Positions 1 through 10,457 of a stretch of DNA of 64,000 bases are shown here, piece after piece (positions within the stretch are counted from its first letter, which is position 1; the number at the start of each line of letters is the position of its first letter). The stretch is taken from contig OY968769.1 of NCBI GenBank assembly GCA_963695345.1, positions 2,112,001-2,176,000 on the forward strand, in the 5' to 3' direction. Made by a program: the position numbers and the translations under genes. The stretch is from an uncultured Methanomassiliicoccales archaeon. GTDB taxonomy: Archaea > Thermoplasmatota > Thermoplasmata > Methanomassiliicoccales > UBA472. Under the pieces are notes generated by a model. The model had not been told where the DNA came from, did not search any database, and was given only the letters and a program-made list of their open reading frames with translations.

Positions 1-1399
1 TGTTGTGGACAATGGTCTGCAGTTCTTGGATGTTCATCTGCAGGGACCCGTCCCCGGAAATGCAATAGATATTCCTGTTGGGGAAAGCGGAGGCCATCCC
101 GATCGACCCAGGCATGTAGCCCATCGTCGAAAGTCCACCGGTTATCAGATGTCTTTGACCGAACTTGACCTTGAACGCCTGGGCATAGGCGTGGAAGCAT
201 GAACCGGTGTCGACCAGGAACAATGCGTCCTGCGGCGCCTTCTGCGACAGGACATGATAGAAGTGATAGGAATTGATCCCTTCCTTCTCATCCAGATACT
301 CCGGCAGGTCCACTGGATAGTTCCGTTTCCATTCCTGGGTCTTCATCACCCATTCCTTGTGGGGGAAGGTGAAGCCCTCGAGGGCCTTGTTCAATTTGAT
401 GAAGAATTCTTTTGCATCGGCCTTGATGGCCAGGTCTGGAACGACCGAGGGCTTTTTCAGCTCTTCCTCATCGATGTCCACCATGATCTTCTTCGCATCT
501 TTCGCGAAATCCTGATAATCATAGCTGACCAGGCCAATGGCCAGTCGGCAGCCGACACTTATGAACAGGTCAGAATTCTGGATGGTGAAATTGCTCGGGC
601 GATCCCCATAGGTCCCCGGCCGGCCAACGAAACAAGGGTCGTCGTGGTCAATCAGGTCCATCCCCAATCTGGAGGTCATTACCGGTATCCTCACGTTGTC
701 GACAAAGGCGTGGAACTCGTCGATCGCCTCCGCCAATCTTACGCCCGCACCGACCAACAGACACGGCCTCTCGCTCATCCTGATGTCCTCGGCGACCATT
801 CTTACCTGCTCATCGAGGCTTGGTCTGGAGTTTTGGACCGGGGAAGGGGGAGTGTATCCCTCGTAATCATCAGGATCGAAGCTGGCGCCCTGGATATCGA
901 TCGGGCATTCGATCCAGACCGGCCCGACCCTGGCCTCCTTCGCTATGTGGATGCATTTTTCCACCTCATATCTGACCCGGGAGATGTCATCCAGCATGAC
1001 CGCGTATTTGGTAACGTTCTTGAATATCGGCAGTGTGTTGTAACCCTGGAGCGCGAATTGCCTGGGCCCCGTGACCTTGGCCTGTGAGACCTTGGATTGG
1101 CCGGAAACGATGATGCAGGGGGCGGAATCGACATAGGCGCCGACCACTCCGGTCAAGGTGTTCAAGGCCCCTGGCCCGGCGGTGACATAGGCCACTCCCA
1201 ATTTTCCCGTGGAGCGTCCATAGGCGTCCGCCGCCATGACCGCGGCCTGTTCATGATGGCAGCACACGTATCTCTGTTCTCCGTGTTGCAGTAGGGCATC
1301 CGTCAGATGCATGATCATGCCCCCGGTGATCAGGAAAACACAATCTCCTCCGGCATCAAACAGACGATGGGTGATATAGTCAGCAACACGGACTTTCAT
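1..1399 (-). CDS. Thiamine-pyrophosphate-binding protein (acetolactate synthase/YerE-like), 3' end outside window
   Basis: Manual translation from ATG at 1399: MKVRVADYITHRLFDAGGDCVFLITGGMIMHLTDAL...CCHHEQAAVMAADAYGR...VTAGPGALN, the typical TPP-enzyme N-terminal motifs. Absent from the ORF track, consistent with no stop inside the window. Confidence 0.85.
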   Translation of the reverse strand, partial: MKVRVADYITHRLFDAGGDCVFLITGGMIMHLTDALLQHGEQRYVCCHHEQAAVMAADAYGRSTGKLGVAYVTAGPGALNTLTGVVGAYVDSAPCIIVSGQSKVSQAKVTGPRQFALQGYNTLPIFKNVTKYAVMLDDISRVRYEVEKCIHIAKEARVGPVWIECPIDIQGASFDPDDYEGYTPPSPVQNSRPSLDEQVRMVAEDIRMSERPCLLVGAGVRLAEAIDEFHAFVDNVRIPVMTSRLGMDLIDHDDPCFVGRPGTYGDRPSNFTIQNSDLFISVGCRLAIGLVSYDYQDFAKDAKKIMVDIDEEELKKPSVVPDLAIKADAKEFFIKLNKALEGFTFPHKEWVMKTQEWKRNYPVDLPEYLDEKEGINSYHFYHVLSQKAPQDALFLVDTGSCFHAYAQAFKVKFGQRHLITGGLSTMGYMPGSIGMASAFPNRNIYCISGDGSLQMNIQELQTIVHN

Positions 1400-1522
1400 G
1401 ACATCACAACTTATTTTCTACGGTAATGATTGAGAACGGTTATATTATTCTAGCGGTGTTCATTCGGTATATCCAATTCAATCCTGGATGACTTCACAAA
1501 CACCAGTGTCCGGACGTCATTT

Positions 1523-2407
1523 TCAATGCTTGTCGACGAGAAGCAGGTTCCGGTCGATCTTGCCAAGATTGTTTCTGTAGTATCCGCACAGTGATCGTAT
1601 CGAATCCTCCAATCGGGTGAATTGGAATCCCTTCATTTCGTTCATTATCCTGGAATTGTCACCGCTGTATTCCAGCTGCAGGCCTTCCTGCTGGACCTCG
1701 ACCTCCACTTCCGCCCCGGTGACCTTGAGTATCATCTTTGCCAACGTAAGCAGGTCCACCGACCTTCCCGTGCAGGCGTTATAATGATGGTGTTCCATCG
1801 TGTTCTTGCATACGTGCTCGATCATCCGCACGAGATCATCGACCCAGATGTAGTCGAAGAAGACGTTTTTCCTTATGCTTATGGGAAGACCGAAAAGTGC
1901 CTTGCACATCGCGTTCGAAATGAACCTGATCTCCCAGTCCTCGTAAGGTCCGAAGCAGCCGAAGACCCTCAGGTCGATCACGTTGGATAATGGATCGATC
2001 GACTTGGCCATTGCATACTTTGAGAGGCCGTATTGGTCAACTGGAACGTGCCGACCGAAATACTGTTCCCTCATGAAAGGGAGATAATGTCGCTTGTCAT
2101 ACTCCGCCCCTGAACCGAGATAGATCATTTTTCCATATCTATCGTTCAATCTGGTCAGGTTGTAGAACATCAACAGGTTCTTCTCCAGCACCAGATGGGT
2201 ATCCTTCTTGGAGTTGGCGGTGGAATTCCAGGTGGCCGTGTGGATCACACTGTCGAAGTCATTGCGATCGACGTAATGCTCGACCGCCTCTTGATCCAAC
2301 AGGTCCAGTTCTTTGCTGGTCGGTGCGAATACTTCCATGTCCGATGGGAGCTTCTCCACGATGTTCCTTCCAATGAACCCTCGACCACCGGTGACGAAGA
2401 CCCTCAT
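1523..2407 (-). CDS. NAD-dependent epimerase/dehydratase/reductase (extended SDR, nucleotide-sugar)
   Basis: TGGRGFIG Rossmann motif, YGLSK (YxxxK), sugar-locus context. Confidence 0.9.
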   Translation of the reverse strand: MRVFVTGGRGFIGRNIVEKLPSDMEVFAPTSKELDLLDQEAVEHYVDRNDFDSVIHTATWNSTANSKKDTHLVLEKNLLMFYNLTRLNDRYGKMIYLGSGAEYDKRHYLPFMREQYFGRHVPVDQYGLSKYAMAKSIDPLSNVIDLRVFGCFGPYEDWEIRFISNAMCKALFGLPISIRKNVFFDYIWVDDLVRMIEHVCKNTMEHHHYNACTGRSVDLLTLAKMILKVTGAEVEVEVQQEGLQLEYSGDNSRIMNEMKGFQFTRLEDSIRSLCGYYRNNLGKIDRNLLLVDKH

Positions 2408-2695
2408 GTCCGTCCCTCATGAACTTGTTGCATGGCTGTTGCGTACCTGAATCGCCAGGTCACTATTAATAGTCATGACAAATGATAATTCGAACTCCGA
2501 TGTTGACAGTGCGTTAATGAATGGATATTGAACCCGATCCGTTCGACATTATCACGCCGTTGGCATATCGATGATAGAAGGGTCATCAGATCCCCATCCA
2601 TATAAATAAATAATCAAGGAATATTATAATATTATTGAAAATAACGAGTAAATTCATATACTATCTAACAATAATGTGGAATCCAAGGGTACCAT

Positions 2696-3466
2696 ATGAA
2701 GGTAGTCATCCTGGCTGGAGGCCTTGGCACACGATTGAGCGAGGAGACGGTCGACCGCCCCAAACCGATGGTCGAAATCGGTGGAATGCCAATAATCTGG
2801 CACATTATGAAGCATTACTCGTTCTATGGTTTCAACGATTTTGTGATCTGCCTTGGGTACAAGGGCTACATGATCAAGGAGTATTTTGCCAATTATTTCA
2901 TCCACATGTCCGATGTCACCGTGGATCTGAAGAACAACAAGATCGAGGTCCACAGCGCCCATGCCGAACCCTGGAAAGTGACCATGGTCGACACGGGGAC
3001 GGAGACGATGACCGGTGGACGGTTGAAAAGGGTGCAGGATTACGTCGGCGAGGGCACATTCATGATGACCTACGGGGACGGGGTCAGCGACCTCAACCTC
3101 AAATCCTTGGTGAAGTTCCACAAGTCAAAGAAGGTCAAGGCCACCCTCACCGCGGTCAAACCGACCGGCAAGTGGGGCCAATTGGACATTGGTCAGAAGG
3201 ACATCGTGGAATCATTCGTGGAGAAACCGAAGGGAGACGGGAGCTACATCAACGGCGGCTTCTTCGTCCTCGAACCCGAGGTCTTCGACTATATCAAGAA
3301 CGACTCCACGATATGGGAGCGGGACCCCCTGGAAGGATTGGCCAAAGGACATAAACTGGCCGCTTACAAGTACGATGGTTTCTGGTATGCCATGGACACC
3401 CTCAGGGACAAGATGTATCTGGAGAATCAGTGGGCTTCCGGTCAGGCACCCTGGAAATCCTGGTGA
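2696..3466 (+). CDS. rfbF: Glucose-1-phosphate cytidylyltransferase
   Basis: LAGGLGTRLSEET..PKPMVEIG, TGTETMTGGRLKR, INGGFFVL, MDTLRDK, APWK. Confidence 0.97.
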   Translation: MKVVILAGGLGTRLSEETVDRPKPMVEIGGMPIIWHIMKHYSFYGFNDFVICLGYKGYMIKEYFANYFIHMSDVTVDLKNNKIEVHSAHAEPWKVTMVDTGTETMTGGRLKRVQDYVGEGTFMMTYGDGVSDLNLKSLVKFHKSKKVKATLTAVKPTGKWGQLDIGQKDIVESFVEKPKGDGSYINGGFFVLEPEVFDYIKNDSTIWERDPLEGLAKGHKLAAYKYDGFWYAMDTLRDKMYLENQWASGQAPWKSW

Positions 3467-3472
3467 TGCCAA

Positions 3473-4573
3473 TTGACCCTTCATGACCTTTCATACTACC
3501 GAGGCAAGCGGGTCTACCTCACCGGCCATACCGGGTTCAAGGGCGGCTGGCTCGCATCCTGGTTGGACAAGCTCGGAGCGAAGGTCCACGGGTTCTCATT
3601 GGCCCCCGGGACCGATCCCAGTTTCTTCGATTCCACAGGCATACAGGACCGGATCGAGAACGAGATCGGGGACATCCGGGACCTTTCTGCCCTGAAACGG
3701 TCGATGGGCGAATTCCAGCCGGATATGGTGTTCCACCTTGCCGCCCAGCCTCTGGTCCGGCTTTCGTACGAGGAACCGGTCGAGACCTTCGAGACCAATG
3801 TCATGGGGACCGTCAACGTCCTGGAGGCATTGAGGGGCTGTTCCGGAACCAAGGCCTGCGTGATGATAACCAGCGACAAATGCTACCAGAACAATGAATG
3901 GGTGTATTCCTATCGGGAGAACGATCCGATGGGAGGTCACGACCCATACAGCGCCAGCAAAGGGGCGGCGGAGATCGTCATCGGCTCATACCGTTCATCA
4001 TACTTCTCAAAGGCGGCCAAGGAGGGTGCCGGATGCGGCGTGGCCAGCGCGAGGGCGGGCAACGTGATCGGGGGAGGGGATTGGGCCCTCGACCGGATCG
4101 TCCCCGACTGCATGAGGAACCTCAAGGCCTCCAAGCCCATCGTGGTCAGGAATCCGGCGGCGGTACGTCCCTGGCAACATGTCATGGAGCCTCTCTATGG
4201 ATATCTCTGCCTGGGGGCATCATTGGCAAAGCGTCCCTCCGATTTTGACTCGGCATGGAACTTCGGACCGGCCTCGGGCAACGTCAACGTAGGCTCCCTG
4301 GTGGAGATGATCGTCAAGGAATGGGGCTCCGGGAAATGGATAGATGCTTCCAATCCTTCGGACCGGCATGAGGCCCATTTCCTGCGCTTGGACAGCACGA
4401 AGGCCAGCAGCCTGCTCGGATGGCAGGGGATCCTGGATGTACCGGACGCCGTGGCCATGTCCGTGGAGTGGTACAAGGAGTTCTATTCCAACGGAGATAT
4501 GGCGGCCAAGACCAACGCCCAGATCTCCGAGTACATGGAGAGGGCAGAGCTACGTTCAAAGCGTATGGAGTGA
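3473..4573 (+). CDS. rfbG: CDP-glucose 4,6-dehydratase
   Basis: [50 protein letters not shown]. Confidence 0.97.
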   Translation: MTLHDLSYYRGKRVYLTGHTGFKGGWLASWLDKLGAKVHGFSLAPGTDPSFFDSTGIQDRIENEIGDIRDLSALKRSMGEFQPDMVFHLAAQPLVRLSYEEPVETFETNVMGTVNVLEALRGCSGTKACVMITSDKCYQNNEWVYSYRENDPMGGHDPYSASKGAAEIVIGSYRSSYFSKAAKEGAGCGVASARAGNVIGGGDWALDRIVPDCMRNLKASKPIVVRNPAAVRPWQHVMEPLYGYLCLGASLAKRPSDFDSAWNFGPASGNVNVGSLVEMIVKEWGSGKWIDASNPSDRHEAHFLRLDSTKASSLLGWQGILDVPDAVAMSVEWYKEFYSNGDMAAKTNAQISEYMERAELRSKRME

Positions 4574-4577
4574 GACC

Positions 4578-5930
4578 ATGGCAGATCATGATGACGTTCT
4601 GAGCAACCGTAAGCTGGACCGCGATCCCCGGGCGGCGGAGCTGCGCGATTCGATCCTGAAGCAAGTGGAAGAATACTTCTCCATTGCCCATGCCAAGGCG
4701 GAGTTCGTGCCCGGTAAGACGCCGGTGCCGGTCTCCGGGAAGGTCTTCGACGGAGACGACGGGCAATTCCTGGTGGCCTCCTCATTGGATTTCTGGTTGA
4801 CCACGGGCAGGTTCAACGACATGTTCGAGAGCCGGTTCAGGGACTTCATCCAGAGCGAGCACGCCCTCACCACCAACTCCGGTTCCTCCGCCAATCTGCT
4901 GGCGGTCACCGCGCTCACCTCGAACAAGCTTGGCGGCGAACGGTTGAGAAAGGGAGACGAGGTGATCACCGTGGCGGCGGGATTCCCCACCACGCTCAAC
5001 CCCATCATTCAGAACGGCCTCGTTCCGGTGTTCGTTGATGTGGGGCTGCCCACGTACAATGTCAACGCAGACCTCCTGGAGGATGCGGTATCGGAGAAGA
5101 CCAAGGCGATGATCTTCGCCCATACACTGGGAAACCCCTTCGATGTGGACAGGATCGTGGCGTTCGCCGAGGAGCACGATCTCTGGCTGGTCGAGGATTG
5201 CTGCGATGCCCTGGGTTCGAGATACGGCGGTCGACCGGTCGGGACGTTCGGTGACATCGGTACCTTCAGCTTCTATCCCGCCCACCACATAACCATGGGG
5301 GAAGGCGGTGCGGTGGCCACGAACGATGACGTTCTGGCAAAATCCTTGGAATCGTTCCGGGACTGGGGTCGTGATTGCCATTGCCCGCCCGGTCATGACA
5401 ATACCTGCCGGAACCGTTACGGGTTCAAGTTCGAGAACCTTCCCCAGGGTTACGATCACAAGTATGTCTACTCGGAGGTCGGATACAATCTGAAGATCTC
5501 CGACATGCAGGCGTCCGTCGGCCTGTCCCAGATGGACAAGCTGTCCGGGTTCATCGTCAGGAGGCAGGAGAACTACGCCAAACTGCGCGGGGCCCTCGCA
5601 GATCTGGAGGGATCGATAATATTGCCCGAGGCAACACCGAACAGCGAGCCGTCCTGGTTCGGTTTCCCCATATCGGTCAAGGGCGGGTTCGAGGAAAGGA
5701 ACCGGCTCATCGATTTCCTGGACCGGAAGAAGATCGGGACGAGGTTGCTCTTCGGAGGCAACCTGACCAAGCAGCCCTACTTCAAGGACATTCCACACCG
5801 CCAGATTGGCTCTCTCCCCAACACCGACAGGATAATGAACCAGACGCTTTGGCTGGGGGTCTATCCCGGGCTGACCCAGGAAATGATCGAGTACGTCAGT
5901 GCGTCAGTTCACGAGTTCTTCAAGCGGTGA
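4578..5930 (+). CDS. rfbH: CDP-4-keto-6-deoxy-D-glucose 3-dehydrase (E1/DdhC)
   Basis: [38 protein letters not shown] (His in place of the aminotransferase Lys), [12 protein letters not shown] Fe-S cysteines; ATG at 4578. Confidence 0.95.
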   Translation: MADHDDVLSNRKLDRDPRAAELRDSILKQVEEYFSIAHAKAEFVPGKTPVPVSGKVFDGDDGQFLVASSLDFWLTTGRFNDMFESRFRDFIQSEHALTTNSGSSANLLAVTALTSNKLGGERLRKGDEVITVAAGFPTTLNPIIQNGLVPVFVDVGLPTYNVNADLLEDAVSEKTKAMIFAHTLGNPFDVDRIVAFAEEHDLWLVEDCCDALGSRYGGRPVGTFGDIGTFSFYPAHHITMGEGGAVATNDDVLAKSLESFRDWGRDCHCPPGHDNTCRNRYGFKFENLPQGYDHKYVYSEVGYNLKISDMQASVGLSQMDKLSGFIVRRQENYAKLRGALADLEGSIILPEATPNSEPSWFGFPISVKGGFEERNRLIDFLDRKKIGTRLLFGGNLTKQPYFKDIPHRQIGSLPNTDRIMNQTLWLGVYPGLTQEMIEYVSASVHEFFKR

Positions 5931-6060
5931 AGGACGGTCCAGGGATGCGAGGTCCGGATATCAGAGGAATGTGGGGGGGTCCAGTCCCATGCCATCGAAA
6001 TCCATACATTTTTGGACATGTGGGTATTTCCATTAAGCATAACATCGATTGAGGATTGAG

Positions 6061-7179
6061 ATGCGTATACTAGTGGTCACCAAATACTACCATCCGGTCA
6101 TTGGCGGAGTGGAGACCCTGGTCCGCACACTGGCCGAACGTCATGTCCTTGCCGGACACCAATGCACGGTGCTATGCATGGACCACTCGAGGGATTCCGA
6201 GGAGATACTGAACGGGGTCCGGGTGGTCCGCTTCCACCGGCAGGGTCTGGCCCGGACCGGGATCCATCTGGGAGTAAGGGATTGGCTGATATCGAACGCC
6301 AATCCGGACCAATTCGATATCGTCAACATTCATAACTTCCATTCGCCCCAGGCCCTGATGGCGGGTTTCTACTGTCGGCAGCATGACCTGCCGTTCGTTT
6401 TCACCACCCACTACCATGGACACGGCCAGAACAGGAAAAGGGACCTGCTCTTCCGAGTATATCGGATCTATGGAAGCAACATCTACCATTGGTCTGAAAA
6501 GAATATCTGCGTCTCGAACTTCGAAAAGGAACTGGTCCAGAACGATTTCCATCTACCAGAGGACAGCATCGTCATCGTGCCCAACGGAGGCCGGGACCTC
6601 ATGAAGGTGGACGTGCCCAAGGAAGATTCCATACTCTACGTCGGCAGGCTGGTGAAGTACAAGGGTGTGGACCATATCCTCTCGGCCATGGCCATTCTGA
6701 AGGGCCGGGGCAAGAACGTTCAGCTAAGGGTCGTGGGCACCGGACCGGAGAAGGAATCGCTGGTAAGAACGGCCCAGGAGCTCGGATTGGAGGGGCAGAT
6801 CGTCTGGATGGAAGGGATCAGCGAGGAGCAGCTGAACCTGGAGTATCATAAGGCCGGTGTCCTGGTGCTCTTGTCCGCCCTGGAAGCCTATGGTCTGGTC
6901 ATCGCGGAGGCGTTGAAGTCCGGGACACCCTGCATCGTGGCGAAAACGTCGGCACTCACCGAGTTCACTTCCGAACCGGGCTGCTTCGGGGTGGAGTTCC
7001 CACCGGACCCGGAGGAGGTGGCCACTCTGATCGAGAAGACCATAGAGGGGGACGTTAAGGTCGGGCCCCTGAGCGACAAGCTGATCACCTGGCAGCAGGT
7101 GTCGGAGCGTTACCTCGACATCTACCGGGAGGCCATGGAACGTTTCCGTGCCAGGGCCGATACCGTCAGGGGTCCTTGA
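6061..7179 (+). CDS. Glycosyltransferase family 4
   Basis: YYHPVIGGVE, VGRLVKYKG, EAYGLVIAEA (ExF/YGxxxxEA). Confidence 0.93.
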   Translation: MRILVVTKYYHPVIGGVETLVRTLAERHVLAGHQCTVLCMDHSRDSEEILNGVRVVRFHRQGLARTGIHLGVRDWLISNANPDQFDIVNIHNFHSPQALMAGFYCRQHDLPFVFTTHYHGHGQNRKRDLLFRVYRIYGSNIYHWSEKNICVSNFEKELVQNDFHLPEDSIVIVPNGGRDLMKVDVPKEDSILYVGRLVKYKGVDHILSAMAILKGRGKNVQLRVVGTGPEKESLVRTAQELGLEGQIVWMEGISEEQLNLEYHKAGVLVLLSALEAYGLVIAEALKSGTPCIVAKTSALTEFTSEPGCFGVEFPPDPEEVATLIEKTIEGDVKVGPLSDKLITWQQVSERYLDIYREAMERFRARADTVRGP

Positions 7180-7206
7180 GTCGTTAGCTCTTTTTGGCGG
7201 TACCGA

Positions 7207-8001
7207 TTACGGCAGAGTGAACCCTAGCGATTCCGCCTCGTCGAACGCCTTCTGGGCCGAGTCCCTTCCTAGTGTCTTTATCACCAATTCCCTTTTTTCC
7301 AGGATATCCTTGACCAGGACCAGGTCCTTCTCCAGAAGCATCCGGGTATCCGATCTCCTCAGGTCGAGCATGGTGACGGGATACAAACGGTATCTTTCCA
7401 GAAGCTCTTCCAATCCTCCCTGTTCTGGCTGCTTCCATCCGATCAGCTTCATGCATATGCAATCGGCATACTTCACCACATCACTGGTGAAACGCGTATT
7501 GGTTACCAGGTAGGGGCATTTGAGGTCCTTCGATCCATCCACGTCCAGGAACCTGCCATAGGTATAAAGTGCGGTCTGGATGCTGCACTTCAGGGCCAGG
7601 GAGTTGTGGAACTTGCACTCCACCATGTACCGTTCCTGATCCTTCTCCATCATGACATCGACCTCATGCATGACGCATATGCCTTGGACCATCTCCCGGA
7701 CCTTTGCCTGGTAGCCCATCTCCTGGAACAGCCGGAAGATGAGGGTCTCGAAGTGGTGTCCTTCCGGCCCCAATGCCAAGATCGCCTTTTTCAACCCATA
7801 TCTGGCCGCCGTGCGGGCGTTGAGCATGATGCGGATCTGGCGATAGATCTCTTCGGTGGTGATGCCGTCGTATAGTCTGGGCAACAGGCGGTCTATGGTG
7901 TCATCGGCCTCATCCGACGATGCCCCCGCCCGCATGACCGCCGTCTTGGTCTTGGCACGGTCGAACTCCTCTGTCTCCCCGGATCGTTTGGTCACCTTCA
8001 T
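7207..8001 (-). CDS. ATP-cone domain + Mrr-like PD-(D/E)xK restriction-endonuclease domain protein
   Basis: N-terminal MKVTKRSGETEEFDRAK (ATP cone); GPEGHHFE..HEVDV..MVECKFH nuclease motif; start moved to ATG 8001. Confidence 0.82.
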   Translation of the reverse strand: MKVTKRSGETEEFDRAKTKTAVMRAGASSDEADDTIDRLLPRLYDGITTEEIYRQIRIMLNARTAARYGLKKAILALGPEGHHFETLIFRLFQEMGYQAKVREMVQGICVMHEVDVMMEKDQERYMVECKFHNSLALKCSIQTALYTYGRFLDVDGSKDLKCPYLVTNTRFTSDVVKYADCICMKLIGWKQPEQGGLEELLERYRLYPVTMLDLRRSDTRMLLEKDLVLVKDILEKRELVIKTLGRDSAQKAFDEAESLGFTLP

Positions 8002-8192
8002 GCGCTCACCGACAGGATACGGAGAGATTGCCCGGAATAAATCAGTATTCCCAGTGAAGCGCGTCAGGATGGCCGCCATCGATGCCCGGTTTGCTCCGTT
8101 TCCCTTCGCCCACGGTCCTGGACCATCCGTGAAATCGTATGGAAACCCATCCTTGCCATCGATTAATAATATCCAATCCGGTATCCTGACCG

Positions 8193-9461
8193 TTGAATCG
8201 CCCACGGGTATCTGGCGAATTGGCCAAGCCGGCGTTGTTGATGGCAGTGGCCACTCTGATGGGTGGGGGATGCGACTATCTGTTCCAGTACTACATGAGC
8301 GGAACGATGACCCCGGCCAGTTTCTCAGAGCTTTCGGCCTTGTTGTCCATGTTCTACCTGGCGGTGGCGCCGGCCCAGGTCATGAGCACGTTCCTGGTCA
8401 AGCAGACCTCCCGGCTCAACGTCGAGGGACGGAAGCACGAGATCGCCTGGATGATCCGGAAAATGGTGCTCTATGAGGCGATCATAGGCGCCGCCATCGC
8501 CCTGGGGATGTACCTGCTGCTGCCCAGCATATCCAATTTCATCTATCTCTCCTCGACGTTCCCGGTCTTCCTGCTCATGGCCGGGGTGGTGATATCATTG
8601 ATATCGCCGGTCGGATATGGGACCAGCCAAGGGCTCGAACGGTTCCGTTACAATGCCCTCTATGGGATCACCGGGCCGGTCACCAAGCTCGGGATGGGCA
8701 TCATCCTGGTCGCCATAGGCTTCGGTATCATGGGGGCCCTCGGAGGGGTGTTGATCGGTCTGTCCCTGGCTTTGGCCGTTTCTCTGTACTCGATCCGGGA
8801 CATCTTCCGGGTCGAACCGGTCCGTATCCCCGGACCAGAGCTGGTGAGGATGCGGGCTTCGCTCGTGCACGTGATAATCGCCGTCACTTGCCTCACCATC
8901 ATGGTCAACGTGGATGTGATACTGGCAAGGCAGTATCTTGACGCCAACACCGCCGGTCTGTACGCGGTATGCTCCATGCTCGGCAAGATAATCCTCTTCC
9001 TGCCGTCGTCCATCAACATCGTGATCTATCCGAAGCTGTCGGCAGCCCATGCCAAGAGATCCGGCACCGTTGCCATGATGCGCCTTTCCGTCCTGATCGC
9101 CCTGGGGGTGACCGGCATCGTGGTCATCTCTTTCTTCCTCTTCCCTAACGAGATACTCCGGCTTCTTTACGGGGGGGACAAATACATCGGGGCGGCGGCG
9201 GGACTGGGCATACTGGGATTGGCCATGGCCCTCCTGGGCGTCGCCAACCTTTTCATGAACTATGGTCTGGCCGTCGAGTCGCGGGCGTACCTGGCCATAA
9301 TGGTGTTCTTCACCGCGTTACAGGTGGCGTTGATCGTCCTGTTCCATGATTCCCTGGTGACGATCGCCCTGGACATGCTGTTGGCCTTCGGGGGGACCAC
9401 TCTGGTGAGCTGGACCTACATGGAGTTGAGCAGCGACAAGACTGCCCATCCAGAAGCCTGA
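8193..9461 (+). CDS. Oligosaccharide flippase (Wzx/MOP superfamily)
   Basis: About 12 hydrophobic segments, VDVILAR..AGLYA motif, glycan locus. Confidence 0.88.
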   Translation: MNRPRVSGELAKPALLMAVATLMGGGCDYLFQYYMSGTMTPASFSELSALLSMFYLAVAPAQVMSTFLVKQTSRLNVEGRKHEIAWMIRKMVLYEAIIGAAIALGMYLLLPSISNFIYLSSTFPVFLLMAGVVISLISPVGYGTSQGLERFRYNALYGITGPVTKLGMGIILVAIGFGIMGALGGVLIGLSLALAVSLYSIRDIFRVEPVRIPGPELVRMRASLVHVIIAVTCLTIMVNVDVILARQYLDANTAGLYAVCSMLGKIILFLPSSINIVIYPKLSAAHAKRSGTVAMMRLSVLIALGVTGIVVISFFLFPNEILRLLYGGDKYIGAAAGLGILGLAMALLGVANLFMNYGLAVESRAYLAIMVFFTALQVALIVLFHDSLVTIALDMLLAFGGTTLVSWTYMELSSDKTAHPEA

Positions 9462-9560
9462 TGCGAGACGCCCTTCTACCGATATCACATCACTGTTCTC
9501 GACAGCGATTCACCGATATTGATAATAGTCCGAGTTCAATTAACGGAACGTGATCCCAAA

Positions 9561-10358
9561 TTGTCTGGAGAACTCCTTTCGATCATCATCCCCTCGCTGA
9601 ATGAGGAAAGGCACATCGGCATGGCCCTGAGGTCCATCAAGGACCAGGACTACAAGCTCGTCGAGGTGATCCTGGTGGACTCGTTTTCCAAGGACCGGAC
9701 CAGGGAGATAGCCAGGGAGTACGGCGTCCAGATCGTGGACTATCCGGGAAGGGTCCTGGGGGCGAGGCTGGAGGGGCTAAAGAGGTCTACCGGTCAATGG
9801 GTGATGTTCATCGACGCTGACCAAGTGCTGCAGCCGAACGCGATCTCCCGCTGTGTGGAGCAGATACGGAGCCATGACATGGTGGTCCTCGGGGAACGTT
9901 CCTACCATCCATCCAACTGGGTCCAGCGTGGTCTGGACCGTCAAAGGCGGTTCTTGGAGAGCGAAGCGATGAAAGGAGGGGTGGGATACTACGTTTATCC
10001 TCGTCTCTTCAGACGGGAATTGCTGGAATTCGCCTACTCCCAGGTTCCCGAGTCGCTCCTTTCCAGCATGGGCAACTATGAGGACTCGCTTCTGTACTCG
10101 AAGATGCTGGCCAGATCAACCGACTCCATCATTGTCCCGGAGTCGGTCTGGCACAATGAGGAGGCGAATGCCCGAGAGCTCTACAGGCATCAGCGGAAGT
10201 TCGGAAAATACACCAGAGCCAGTCGATCGACCGTGAAGGTCGAGACCTTCCACCGCTCGAAGTCGAAGACCAGGGGAATGCTGGACGCGCTCCGCCACCA
10301 TTACTTCTGGGTCTCGGTAATTAAGGAACTGGGATTCCAGGTCGGCTACCGATTCTAG
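9561..10358 (+). CDS. Glycosyltransferase family 2
   Basis: LSIIIPSLNEE, VDSFSKDRT, FIDAD; start uncertain (9519 or 9561). Confidence 0.9.
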   Translation: MSGELLSIIIPSLNEERHIGMALRSIKDQDYKLVEVILVDSFSKDRTREIAREYGVQIVDYPGRVLGARLEGLKRSTGQWVMFIDADQVLQPNAISRCVEQIRSHDMVVLGERSYHPSNWVQRGLDRQRRFLESEAMKGGVGYYVYPRLFRRELLEFAYSQVPESLLSSMGNYEDSLLYSKMLARSTDSIIVPESVWHNEEANARELYRHQRKFGKYTRASRSTVKVETFHRSKSKTRGMLDALRHHYFWVSVIKELGFQVGYRF

Positions 10359-10457
10359 ACCTGCAGTGGATCTGACGAAAAAAGGTTTAGGTCAACCCAT
10401 TTCTGAGGATTGAGTTGTGCATTTACTCCGTGGTACTGACATTCTTGACCGGATGGG

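Noticed and set aside
254-1087. Long plus-strand ORF and many similar antisense ORFs (e.g. 4782..5798, 58895..60133)
   Set aside because: Shadow frames of real GC3-rich genes on the opposite strand, with no recognisable motifs.
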